Assembly (NCBI GenBank): GCA_963422655.1
Contig: OY730440.1
Location: 2,425,442-2,489,441, forward strand
Reading direction: 5' to 3'
Source: Acidimicrobiales bacterium
GTDB lineage: Bacteria > Actinomycetota > Acidimicrobiia > Acidimicrobiales > Aldehydirespiratoraceae
DNA: 64,000 bases
Part shown: piece after piece, positions 36,262 to 45,312 of the stretch
Position numbering within the stretch: position 1 is the first letter of the stretch
Layout: the number at the start of each line of letters is the position of its first letter
Program-made: the position numbers and the translations under genes
The notes under the pieces: generated by a model
Databases searched by the model: none
The model's input: only the letters and a program-made list of their open reading frames with translations
What the model was told of the DNA's origin: nothing

Positions 36262-37059
36262 ATGCTGCTCGCCATCGACGTCGGCAACACGCACACCATG
36301 GTGGGCGTTTACGACCCCGACGCCGATCACGGGGAAGGGGCAGCGGTGGGGCTCATCGACCATTGGCGGCTGTCCACCGATCAAGAGCGCACCGCCGACG
36401 AGCACGGCGTCACCATCAGATCGCTGCTCGACACGATAAGCCTCGACCTCGAGACTGATGTGAGCGGGGTGGCCATCTGCTCCGGTGTGCCCCGTATCCT
36501 CTCCACCCTGCGGGACATGGTACACCGGTACCTCCCGATGGAGCCGGTGGTGATCGGGCCCGGCGTGAAGACGGGCATGGCCATCCTCTACGACAATCCC
36601 AAAGAGGTCGGCGCCGACCGGATCGCCAATGCTGTGGCCGCCTACGACCTCTACGGTGGCCCCACCGTGGTGGTCGATTTCGGCACGGGCAACAACTTCG
36701 ACGTGATCTCTTCAGCCGGGGAGTTCATCGGCGGGGCCATCACCCCTGGGATCGAGATAAGCCTCCAAGCTCTTTTGGGCCGAGCCGCAGCACTGCGAGC
36801 CGTCGAGTTGGTCGAACCCCGTAGCGTCATCGGTAAGTCGACAGTCGAGTCGGTCCAGGCCGGCACTCTTTATGGTTTCACGGCCATGATCGACGGCATG
36901 AACGCCCGTTTCTCGGCCGAGCTGGGCGAGGTCGACATCGTGGCCACCGGCGGCTTGGCCCACCTGATCGCCCCCCTTTCGTCCACCATCGAGCACGTGG
37001 AGCCCTTCCTCACCCTTCACGGCCTGCGCATCGTGCACGGCCGCAACCGCGACCGATGA
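36262..37059 (+). CDS. coaX: Type III pantothenate kinase
   Basis: LLAIDVGNTHT, GADRIANAVAA, VVDFGTGNNFD. Confidence 0.9.
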   Translation: MLLAIDVGNTHTMVGVYDPDADHGEGAAVGLIDHWRLSTDQERTADEHGVTIRSLLDTISLDLETDVSGVAICSGVPRILSTLRDMVHRYLPMEPVVIGPGVKTGMAILYDNPKEVGADRIANAVAAYDLYGGPTVVVDFGTGNNFDVISSAGEFIGGAITPGIEISLQALLGRAAALRAVELVEPRSVIGKSTVESVQAGTLYGFTAMIDGMNARFSAELGEVDIVATGGLAHLIAPLSSTIEHVEPFLTLHGLRIVHGRNRDR

Positions 37060-37096
37060 ATGACCGCGCCGATGAATGACTGCGCCGATGAATGAC
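37049..37096. repeat. Tandem repeat, 3 x 16 bp (gcgRccgatgaatgac)
   Basis: Read directly. Copy 1 contains the coaX stop within ATGA (37056-37059) and copy 3 contains the lysS ATG at 37088. Confidence 0.9.
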
Positions 37097-38500
37097 GACC
37101 TGATTCCCCGCCGCTTCGATCGCACCCACACCGTCGACGGCGTCAGGCAGACCCACCAAGGTCTGGCTCCCGACACCAGAACCGGCGCTACCGTCACGGT
37201 GGCGGGCCGGCTCATGCTCCGCCGTCGCCAAGGCCGGCTCAGCTTCGGGTCGTTGCAAGACTCGACCGGCCGGATACAGCTCTTCGCACCGGCCGGATCC
37301 ACCCCCGATTTCGAGGATTTCACCGCCTTGACGATCGGCGACTGGATCGGTGTGCGGGGCGAGGTGATCACCACCAAGCGTGGCGAGCTATCGGTCCGAG
37401 TCGACTCGTGGACGGTGCTGGCCCGAACCCGCCGACGGTTCCCCGACAAGTGGCATGGACTCGCTGACCCGGATACCCGCTACCGGCAGCGTTACGTCGA
37501 TCTCTGGGTCACCGACCATGCCCGCCGCACTTTTGCCGCCCGTTCCCGGATCGTGTCGTCCCTGCGCCGCCGCCTCACCGAGCAGGGCTTCGTCGAGGTC
37601 GAGACACCGATTCTGCACCCCATCCCGGGCGGGGCCGCAGCCCGCCCTTTCATCACCCATCACAACGCACTCGACACCGACCTCTACCTGCGCATCGCCC
37701 CGGAGCTCTACTTGAAGCGCTTGGTGGCCGGGGGCATGGAAAAGGTGTTCGAGATCGGCCGGGTGTTCCGCAACGAGGGGATGTCCACCCGCCACAATCC
37801 CGAGTTCACGATGCTGGAGCTCTACTGGGCCTACGTCGACTACACCGACATCATGGTTCTGGTCGAGGACTTGGTGGCCGCGGTGGCCGTCGAGGTGTGC
37901 GGCTCCTCCGTCGTTGCCTACGACGGGCGCGATATCGACCTGACGCCGCCGTGGCCGCGGGCCACCATGGACGGGCTGATCGGTGAGCACGCTGGGATCG
38001 AGGTCAGCCTGGACACGCCCCGAGCCGAGCTGGCCGCGCATTGCCGGAGCCTGGGCATCGACGTGAGCGACGATGAAGGGGCCGGCCAGCTTCTGCTGGA
38101 GATCTACGAGAAGACCACCGAAGCCGAGCTGTGGGGTCCCGTCCACGTGATCGACTACCCGGCCGAGGTGTCGCCGCTGTCCCGTCGGCATCGCAGCCGG
38201 CCCGGTTACGTCGAGCGTTTCGAGAGCATCGTGGCCGGCCGGGAGCTGACCAACGCATTCACCGAGCTGGTCGATCCCCTCGAGCAGCGAGCCCGTTTCG
38301 AGGCCCAAGAGGCGCAGCGAGCCGCCGGTGATCACGAGGCCATGGTCACCGACGCCGACTACCTGCGGGCCTTGGAGTACGGGTTGCCGCCGACCGGCGG
38401 TCTCGGCCTCGGTGTCGATCGGCTGGTGATGCTGCTCACCGACACCACCGCCATCCGTGATGCTGTTCTGTTCCCTACCCTGAGACCTGAGGTCTTCTGA
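37088..38500 (+). CDS. lysS: Lysine--tRNA ligase (class II)
   Basis: FVEVETP, FRNEG, GLGLGVDRLVMLL. Alternative repeat-encoded start at 37076. Confidence 0.95.
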   Translation: MNDDLIPRRFDRTHTVDGVRQTHQGLAPDTRTGATVTVAGRLMLRRRQGRLSFGSLQDSTGRIQLFAPAGSTPDFEDFTALTIGDWIGVRGEVITTKRGELSVRVDSWTVLARTRRRFPDKWHGLADPDTRYRQRYVDLWVTDHARRTFAARSRIVSSLRRRLTEQGFVEVETPILHPIPGGAAARPFITHHNALDTDLYLRIAPELYLKRLVAGGMEKVFEIGRVFRNEGMSTRHNPEFTMLELYWAYVDYTDIMVLVEDLVAAVAVEVCGSSVVAYDGRDIDLTPPWPRATMDGLIGEHAGIEVSLDTPRAELAAHCRSLGIDVSDDEGAGQLLLEIYEKTTEAELWGPVHVIDYPAEVSPLSRRHRSRPGYVERFESIVAGRELTNAFTELVDPLEQRARFEAQEAQRAAGDHEAMVTDADYLRALEYGLPPTGGLGLGVDRLVMLLTDTTAIRDAVLFPTLRPEVF

Positions 38501-38521
38501 CCCGGTTCTGCCCAAACCGGG
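38501..38521 (+). terminator. Weak candidate hairpin after lysS (cccggtt-N7-aaccggg), no U-tract
   Basis: 7-bp perfect stem read directly. No T run follows. Confidence 0.25.
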
Positions 38522-38525
38522 CACC

Positions 38526-38681
38526 ATGGAATCCGTTCGCCTGCCGCGGTTCGATCTCACCGACCCGCCTCTGGTAACGGTATCGGTGGGTGGCCCGGGG
38601 GAGTTGAGCCACGACGACATGGCGGCCGACACCGAGCGGATAAAGGCCGCCATCATGACCGAGCTGCCGGCCGAGGCTTGA
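38526..38681 (+). CDS. Hypothetical small protein (51 aa)
   Basis: Below the ORF-track cutoff. MESVRLPRFDLTDPPLVTVSVGGPGELSHDDMAADTERIKAAIMTELPAEA. GC-rich third positions. No family recognised. Confidence 0.3.
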   Translation: MESVRLPRFDLTDPPLVTVSVGGPGELSHDDMAADTERIKAAIMTELPAEA

Positions 38682-38721
38682 TGCCGACGGTCGCGGTCAC
38701 CACCTCGGCGTCGGGTTCGAT

Positions 38722-39750
38722 TCAGGTACGAGGAGCGGCGGCTCGCTCGATGAGATGGGTGGCGGCGGCTCTCAACGCGGCCGCGGCCGCAGTGTCGGGT
38801 AGAGCGGTCAGCGCGGCCCGGGATTTGTCCGCCCACCTCCGGGCCACGTCGAGAGCTTCGTCCACACCGGTGGTGGTCATGACGAGCCGACGGGCCCGCT
38901 GATTTGTGGCGGTGTCGATGGGTGCGCCGAGGATATGGCGCAGCTCATCGCCCGCGACCGGGTCGGCCAAGGCCCGTATCACCGGCAGCGTGTAGATGCC
39001 GGCGCTCAGGTCGTTGCCGGCCGGTTTGCCCAGGTCTTCGTTGGTGGCCACGACGTCCAAGATGTCGTCGACGATCTGGAAGGCCATGCCGTAGGCCCTG
39101 CCGAACTCGGTGAGAGTCTCGACGGTGGCCCGGGGCAGTTGGGCCACCACCGCCCCGATCCGACACGACGTAGCCAGCAGGGCCGCGGTCTTGCCCGCGA
39201 TGGAACGCTGGTAGAGCTCGGCGCTGCGGTCGATCTCGAAGGCGCTCTCGGCCTCGAGGATCTGACCCTGGCAGAGCTCGGTGATGGTGGTGGCCAGCAG
39301 GCCGGCCACCTCGTTGTTCAACGATGCCGCTATCTCCGAGGCCCGGCCCAGCAAGTAGTCACCGGCCAGGATGGCCCGAAGATTGCCCCACTTGGCGTTC
39401 ACGCTGGGCACCGACCGCCGGGTCACTGCCTCGTCCATGACGTCGTCGTGATACAACGACCCCAGGTGTACGAGCTCCACGGCCACGCCGCCCTGCACAG
39501 CTTCGGAGCTGATCGGGGCCCCGTCGGTGTCTGTGACCATGGAGGAAGCCAGGCAGAAGCCGGGCCGCACCCGCTTGCCTCCTGCGGCGATCAGGTGGCC
39601 GGCGATCTCGGTCATGAGCGGTTCGGTGGCCTCGACCGCGGCGGCCAGCCCGGTCTCGACCCGGGCCAACCCACCGGCCATGAGCTCCAGGATTGTCGGC
39701 GACGGCTCCGCAGGCACGATCCCGAGACTAATGGGAACGGCTCCGGTCAC
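38722..39750 (-). CDS. Polyprenyl diphosphate synthase (trans-isoprenyl diphosphate synthase family)
   Basis: First DDxxD in LYHDDVMDEA, second in FQIVDDILD. Confidence 0.9.
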   Translation of the reverse strand: MTGAVPISLGIVPAEPSPTILELMAGGLARVETGLAAAVEATEPLMTEIAGHLIAAGGKRVRPGFCLASSMVTDTDGAPISSEAVQGGVAVELVHLGSLYHDDVMDEAVTRRSVPSVNAKWGNLRAILAGDYLLGRASEIAASLNNEVAGLLATTITELCQGQILEAESAFEIDRSAELYQRSIAGKTAALLATSCRIGAVVAQLPRATVETLTEFGRAYGMAFQIVDDILDVVATNEDLGKPAGNDLSAGIYTLPVIRALADPVAGDELRHILGAPIDTATNQRARRLVMTTTGVDEALDVARRWADKSRAALTALPDTAAAAALRAAATHLIERAAAPRT

Positions 39751-39920
39751 AAGACCCCGGTATACACTGGCACTGTTTCTCAGTCCCGATGCCTTTCCAT
39801 TATGCGGAGGAATGACCGATGTTCGAGCGGTTCACCGACAGGGCTCGCCGCGTGGTGGTGCTGGCGCAGGAGGAAGCGCGCCTGCTTCGCCACAACTACA
39901 TAGGCACCGAGCACATCCTT
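39747..39920 (+). repeat. Copy A of a dispersed ~173-bp repeat: clpC promoter/leader plus codons 1-34
   Basis: Aligns with 43964-44135 with about 20 differences including one 2-nt indel (hand alignment). Confidence 0.9.
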
Positions 39921-42359
39921 TTGGGTCTCATCCACGAGGGTGAGGGGGTGGCGGCCAAAGCGATGGAGTCACTGGGGATCAGTCTCGAGGTGGTGCGGAG
40001 CCAGGTCGAGGAGATCATCGGCCCGGGTGGCAGCTCTCCGAGTGGGCACATCCCCTTCACCCCTCGGGCCAAGAAAGTGCTGGAGCTGAGCTTGCGAGAG
40101 GCTCTCCAGCTCGGACACAACTATATAGGCACCGAGCACATCCTTTTGGGTCTCATCCGTGAGGGCGACGGGGTGGCGGCCCAGGTTCTGGTCAAGCTGA
40201 GCGCCGACCTGTCCGGGGTGCGCGAGCAGGTCATCAAGCTCCTGTCCGGTCACGGTTACGGGCCGGGTCCGAGCGGTGAGAGGGCCGGTGCCACCGCGGG
40301 AAGATCGGGGGGCGACTCGCCCTCGGGTTCGATGGTGCTCGACCAGTTCGGACGCAACCTCACCAAGATGGCGCGGGACAATGCGCTCGATCCCGTCATC
40401 GGACGGAGCCGTGAGGCGGAACGGGTCATGCAGATCCTGAGCCGCCGGACCAAGAACAACCCGGTACTGGTGGGTGAGCCCGGAGTGGGAAAAACCGCCA
40501 TAGTCGAGGGTCTGGCCCAGTCCATCGTGGCTGACGACGTGCCCGAGACGTTGCGCGATTTCCAGCTCTATACGCTCGATCTCGGCGCTCTGGTGGCCGG
40601 CAGCCGTTACCGGGGTGATTTCGAGGAGCGCCTCAAGAAGGTGCTCAAAGAGATCAAGGATCGCCGCAACATCATCTTGTTCATCGACGAGATCCACACC
40701 TTGGTCGGCGCGGGAGCGGCCGAGGGCGCCATCGACGCGGCCTCGATCCTCAAACCGATGCTGGCCCGCGGCGAGTTGCAGACCATAGGCGCCACCACCC
40801 TGGACGAGTACCGCAAGCACTTGGAGAAGGACGCGGCTCTGGAGCGGCGGTTTCAGAAGGTCGTGGTCGACGAGCCGACCGTGCCTCACACCATCGAAAT
40901 CCTCAAGGGCTTGCGGGAGCGGTACGAGTCCCACCACCGGGTCACGATCACCGATCAGGCCTTGGTGGCCGCAGCCAACCTGGCCGATCGCTACATCTCG
41001 GATCGTCACCTGCCCGACAAAGCCATCGACCTGATCGACGAGGCCGGCTCACGTCTGCGGATCAAACGGATGGACACCCCCACCGACCACAAGGAGCTCG
41101 AAGCTGAGCTGGCCAGCGTGGTGGCCCGCAAGAAGACGGCGGTGGACGCTCAGCAATTCGAGGAGGCCGGGAACCTGCGTGACAAGGAGAAAGATCTCTT
41201 GGCCCGCCGGAAGGTGCTGGAGCGCGAGGCCAAGTCGTCGGGCGTGGATCTCTTCGACGAAGTCGACGAGGAGGCGATCGCCGAGGTGTTGTCGCTGTGG
41301 ACCGGCATCCCGGTCTATAAGCTCACCGAGGAGGAGACGCAGAAGCTTCTACGCATGGAGGATGAGCTGCACAAGCGGGTCATCGGCCAGCAGGACGCCA
41401 TAACTGCGGTCTCCCAAGCCATACGCCGAACCCGGGCCGGGCTCAAGGATCCGAAACGGCCCAGCGGCTCGTTCATCTTCCTGGGCCCCTCGGGGGTGGG
41501 CAAGACAGAGCTGGCCAAGACCCTGGCCGCGTTCTTGTTCGGTGACGAGGATGCTCTCATCCATCTCGACATGTCGGAGTACATGGAGAAGTACACAGTG
41601 AGCCGGCTCATCGGCTCGCCGCCGGGTTATGTCGGTTACGAGGAGGGCGGTCAGCTCACCGAGCAGGTGCGGCGCAAGCCCTTCTCCATCGTGTTGTTCG
41701 ACGAGATCGAAAAGGCCCACACCGATGTCTTCAACACCTTGTTGCAGATCCTCGAGGAGGGCAGACTCACCGACAGCCAGGGCCGCACCGTCGACTTTCG
41801 CAACACCGTCGTCATCATGACGTCCAACCTCGGAACCGCCGATCTACGTAAGGCCAATCTGGGGTTCACCAGGGTTGACGCCTCTGTCACCTACGAGCGG
41901 ATGAAGGAGAAGGTGCAGGATGCGCTCAAGCAGCACTTCCGGCCCGAGTTCCTGAATCGCATCGACGACGTGATCGTGTTCCATGAACTGACCCGGCCCG
42001 AAGTCCGCCAGATCGTCGAACTGATGATCGTGCGCACTGTCGACCAGCTCGCCGGTCAAGGCATTGGCTTGGAGCTCACCGACGCGGCCAAGGATTTTCT
42101 GGCCAGCGAGGGTTACGACCCCACGCTGGGAGCTCGACCTCTGCGACGGTCCATCCAGAGACTGGTGGAGGACGCGCTGTCGGAGCGGCTCCTACAAAAG
42201 GAGTTCCGGGCCGGCGAGATCGTCATCGTCGATGTCGAACCCTCCGATGGAGACGCCTCCGACCGTTCCATAGTGTTCCGAGCCATCGAAGGCTTCGAAC
42301 CGGCCCAACCGGAGCTGGAGACAGTCGGTGGCGGGGCTGGCGATGGCGGCCACTTTTGA
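39819..42359 (+). CDS. clpC: ATP-dependent Clp protease ATP-binding subunit ClpC
   Basis: Two Clp-R repeats ([11 protein letters not shown] twice), Walker A GEPGVGKT and [11 protein letters not shown]-like linker. Confidence 0.97.
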   Translation: MFERFTDRARRVVVLAQEEARLLRHNYIGTEHILLGLIHEGEGVAAKAMESLGISLEVVRSQVEEIIGPGGSSPSGHIPFTPRAKKVLELSLREALQLGHNYIGTEHILLGLIREGDGVAAQVLVKLSADLSGVREQVIKLLSGHGYGPGPSGERAGATAGRSGGDSPSGSMVLDQFGRNLTKMARDNALDPVIGRSREAERVMQILSRRTKNNPVLVGEPGVGKTAIVEGLAQSIVADDVPETLRDFQLYTLDLGALVAGSRYRGDFEERLKKVLKEIKDRRNIILFIDEIHTLVGAGAAEGAIDAASILKPMLARGELQTIGATTLDEYRKHLEKDAALERRFQKVVVDEPTVPHTIEILKGLRERYESHHRVTITDQALVAAANLADRYISDRHLPDKAIDLIDEAGSRLRIKRMDTPTDHKELEAELASVVARKKTAVDAQQFEEAGNLRDKEKDLLARRKVLEREAKSSGVDLFDEVDEEAIAEVLSLWTGIPVYKLTEEETQKLLRMEDELHKRVIGQQDAITAVSQAIRRTRAGLKDPKRPSGSFIFLGPSGVGKTELAKTLAAFLFGDEDALIHLDMSEYMEKYTVSRLIGSPPGYVGYEEGGQLTEQVRRKPFSIVLFDEIEKAHTDVFNTLLQILEEGRLTDSQGRTVDFRNTVVIMTSNLGTADLRKANLGFTRVDASVTYERMKEKVQDALKQHFRPEFLNRIDDVIVFHELTRPEVRQIVELMIVRTVDQLAGQGIGLELTDAAKDFLASEGYDPTLGARPLRRSIQRLVEDALSERLLQKEFRAGEIVIVDVEPSDGDASDRSIVFRAIEGFEPAQPELETVGGGAGDGGHF

Positions 42360-42385
42360 GCTCGGCTCGTAGTTCGGGCTCCTCG

Positions 42386-43915
42386 ATGAGTCCACTTCGG
42401 GTGCGTTGGCTCCGCCTCCTCTTGGTGGCGATTGCCGTTGTCGTGACGGCATCGGCCTGCCGTATCGACGCCACCGTGGAGGTGGTCGCCACCGAACGGG
42501 GAACGGGCACGGTGTCGGTGCGGGTCGTGGCCGACGGTGAAGCGGTGAGGTTGACTCCGGATCTACCCGGCAATCTCCGCCTCGACGACGTGAGAGATGC
42601 CGGCTGGACAGTGGTCGGGCCTGAGTCCACGGGTGGCGGCGGCATGGTGGTGGAGGCTTCCAAAGGGTTCGACTCCCCCGAGCAGCTTCCCGAGATCCTG
42701 GCCGAGCTGGCCGGCGAGGGCGTCTTCGAGGACATCGAGCTCACCCAGAGTCATACAGAGGCCGACTTCTCGTTCTCGTTCAGTGATCCGCTGACGACGA
42801 CGAGGACCGACTACGACCTGACCGCTCGCATCGTCCCGCCGTCGGATCCGAGGGTCTTCAGTGATGATTTGCTGGCTGAGATCCTCGACGGACACCTTTT
42901 CGGCCGCCCGGAGCTGGTCGACGAGGCGGGCGGGCCGGTCGATCCTGATTCGTCGCTGGGGATGGTGTTTACGGTCACCCTGCCCTACGATGTCGCCTCC
43001 GACACCGCGGCCGAGATCGACGGGAACACGGCCGAATGGAGGTTCTCCTTCGGCGACGACGCCTTCGACGTGGACGCCTCCAGCATGATCGAGGACTCCG
43101 CTCCCCGGATGTGGCTGGCTCTGGTGGTGCTCGCCATTGTCGCTTCGGTACTGGTGGTGTTGTTCCAACTTCTCTGGTGGATCTTCTCCATCGTGCGCAC
43201 ACCCAAAGGCCGCCGTCGGCTGGCTACCCGGCGGCGCCGACGGAGGCGGGCCGCAGCTCGCAGCACCGATACCGGCCATTCCCGCCGTCGGCTCCTCCGC
43301 TTGCTGGTGGTGGATGTGCACGGAGTGGTTGTGCGCCCCACCGATCCACTGGAGGGGTTGTTGTTGCCGATCGTCCGAGCCGAGCTCCCCGACATCGATC
43401 CTGAGATGGTCCGGGATCGCCATCGCAAGCTCCTGCTGGGCCGGCTGACCCCCGAGGAGTTCTGGAGTGATCTGGGGCTGGGGCCGATCTCCGACGAGAT
43501 CGAGACCCGATATCTGTCGTCGTACCGGCTCGTCCCGGGCCTGCATACGTTCCTGGACCGCATGCGGGATCGACAGCTTCCGGTAGCGGTGATCGGTAAC
43601 CAGCCTCGGCACTGGGGGGAGCGACTGCGGCGCATGGCGGCGCTGGAGGACACGGTGGCGTCATGGCTGGTCAGCGGCGACGTCGGGGCGACCCTGCCCG
43701 AATCCTCGCTGTTCGAGGCGACCCGCCGGGTGATGTCGGTCGACACGTACGACTGCCTGTACCTGTCGAGTGTCCCCGATAATCTCGATGCCGCCGCCGA
43801 GCTGGGCTTGGCCACGGCCTACTTCGCGGCCAGTCCAGCCGACGCGATCGAAACGTCTCATACCATGGTTCGGGGTTTCAATGACATCTTGAAGGGTCGG
43901 GCCGGGAGCACCTGA
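42386..43915 (+). CDS. Membrane-anchored lipoprotein with extracytoplasmic domain, one TM helix, an Arg-rich linker and a C-terminal degenerate HAD-like domain
   Basis: Signal/lipobox MSPLRVRWLRLLLVAIAVVVTASAC. TM WLALVVLAIVASVLVVLFQLLWWIF, then RRRLATRRRRRRRAAAR. HAD motif I reads LLVVDVHGVV (DxH rather than DxD). The alternative TTG 42356 overlaps the clpC stop. Confidence 0.65.
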   Translation: MSPLRVRWLRLLLVAIAVVVTASACRIDATVEVVATERGTGTVSVRVVADGEAVRLTPDLPGNLRLDDVRDAGWTVVGPESTGGGGMVVEASKGFDSPEQLPEILAELAGEGVFEDIELTQSHTEADFSFSFSDPLTTTRTDYDLTARIVPPSDPRVFSDDLLAEILDGHLFGRPELVDEAGGPVDPDSSLGMVFTVTLPYDVASDTAAEIDGNTAEWRFSFGDDAFDVDASSMIEDSAPRMWLALVVLAIVASVLVVLFQLLWWIFSIVRTPKGRRRLATRRRRRRRAAARSTDTGHSRRRLLRLLVVDVHGVVVRPTDPLEGLLLPIVRAELPDIDPEMVRDRHRKLLLGRLTPEEFWSDLGLGPISDEIETRYLSSYRLVPGLHTFLDRMRDRQLPVAVIGNQPRHWGERLRRMAALEDTVASWLVSGDVGATLPESSLFEATRRVMSVDTYDCLYLSSVPDNLDAAAELGLATAYFAASPADAIETSHTMVRGFNDILKGRAGST

Positions 43916-43963
43916 GCCCTTCGCCCTCCCGGCCCAGCCGGTTGTCACCGGCCACGCCACCAG

Positions 43964-44135
43964 TCACAGGACCCCGGTACATTGGCGCCGCTTCTCAGTC
44001 CCGATGCCTGACCCATATTCGGAGGAATGGCCGATGTTCGAGCGGTTCGACGACAGGGCTCGTCGGGTGTTGGTGCTGGCGCAGGAAGAGGCCCGCCTAC
44101 TTCGCCACGACTACATAGGCACCGAGCACATCCTT
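43964..44135 (+). repeat. Copy B of the clpC leader/5-prime-codon repeat, fused to ispDF
   Basis: See 39747-39920. It includes the same ggagga RBS (44021-44026) and ATG (44034). Confidence 0.9.
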
Positions 44136-45308
44136 GGTGTATGGGTGATCGTCGTGGCGGCGGGGTCCGGGTCGCGTTTCGGTGCTCGCAAGCAGTTCCT
44201 CGATCTCAGCGGACGCTCGGTGATCGACCGGGCTGTGGCCGAAGCGGCTCGCCATGCCGAGGGAGTAGTGGTCGTCCTGCCCGGTGACCGGGCCGGTGCG
44301 GGTCTCGGTGGCCGCTCCCCGACCGCGACCCCACCCAGGGCCGTTCGGGTGGTGACTGGAGGCTCGTCCCGGTCGGACTCGGTCCGCCGGGGGTTGGCCG
44401 CGGTGCCTCCCGACGCCGAGGTCGTGGTGGTTCACGACGGTGCCCGCCCTCTGGCCTCGGCCGAGCTGTACCGGCGGGTGGTCGCCGCCGTGCGGGAGGG
44501 TGCTGACGGGGCAGTACCGGTGGTGGAGGTGACCGACACCGTGCGTCGGCACGGCGCCGCTTTCGATCGTCGGGGGCTGGTTGCGGTCCAGACCCCTCAG
44601 GGGTTCCGGGCCGGCGTGCTGCGAGCCGCCCTGGCCGAGGGGGGCGAGGCCACCGACGATGCCACCCTGGTCGAGGCGGCCGGAGCCACCGTGGTCGAGG
44701 TGGAAGGCGACCGCGGGAATCTCAAGATCACCACCCCTGAGGATCTGACCATGGCGGCAGCCCTGCTGGGTGAAGCGGACGAACCGTCGGGACTGCGGGT
44801 GGGGCACGGATTCGATGTGCATCGTTACAGCGACGACCCCGACCGGGTCTTGGTGCTGGGCGGGGTGAGGTTCGAGGGAGAGCGAGGCCTGGCCGGTCAC
44901 TCCGATGCCGACGTGGTGGCTCACGCTTGTATCGAAGCACTTCTGGGGGCGGCCGGTCTCGGTGACATCGGGTCCATGTTTCCCGACACCGATCCCGCCC
45001 TGGCCGGAGCCGACAGCATCGATCTGCTGCTCAGGACGGCTACGGCCCTGCGGGAGACGGGTTGGAGCCCTGTGAACGTGGATTGCTCCGTCGTTCTCGA
45101 CGCCCCGGTTGTGAGGCCGCACGTGTCGGCCATGCAGCGATGTCTCGGGGATGCCGCTGGGGCTGCGGTCACGGTGTCGGGACGCAGGCCCGAGGGCGTC
45201 GGTGCGCTGGGCCGGGGTGAGGGAGTGGCGGCCTGGGCGGTGGCTCTGGTAGCTCGTCGGCCTCGGTGGCGGCAGCGAGCGACGACCGGTCCCGGTTCTG
45301 GGCGCTAG
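44034..45308 (+). CDS. ispDF: Bifunctional 2-C-methyl-D-erythritol 4-phosphate cytidylyltransferase / MEcPP synthase (IspDF) carrying a 34-aa ClpC-derived N-terminal extension
   Basis: IspD AAGSGSRFG..VHDGARP..TPQGF. IspF GHGFDVH..GHSDADVVAHA. N-terminus [34 protein letters not shown]. The ancestral-type start is probably GTG 44145 (VIVVAAGSG). ATG 44004 is also in frame. Confidence 0.9.
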   Translation: MFERFDDRARRVLVLAQEEARLLRHDYIGTEHILGVWVIVVAAGSGSRFGARKQFLDLSGRSVIDRAVAEAARHAEGVVVVLPGDRAGAGLGGRSPTATPPRAVRVVTGGSSRSDSVRRGLAAVPPDAEVVVVHDGARPLASAELYRRVVAAVREGADGAVPVVEVTDTVRRHGAAFDRRGLVAVQTPQGFRAGVLRAALAEGGEATDDATLVEAAGATVVEVEGDRGNLKITTPEDLTMAAALLGEADEPSGLRVGHGFDVHRYSDDPDRVLVLGGVRFEGERGLAGHSDADVVAHACIEALLGAAGLGDIGSMFPDTDPALAGADSIDLLLRTATALRETGWSPVNVDCSVVLDAPVVRPHVSAMQRCLGDAAGAAVTVSGRRPEGVGALGRGEGVAAWAVALVARRPRWRQRATTGPGSGR

Positions 45309-45312
45309 CCGG

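Noticed and set aside
40117-40160. Second internal copy of cacaactayataggcaccgagcacatccttttgggtctcatcc within clpC
   Set aside because: This is explained by the two Clp-R repeats of the ClpC N-domain. It is an expected intragenic repeat, not an additional element.
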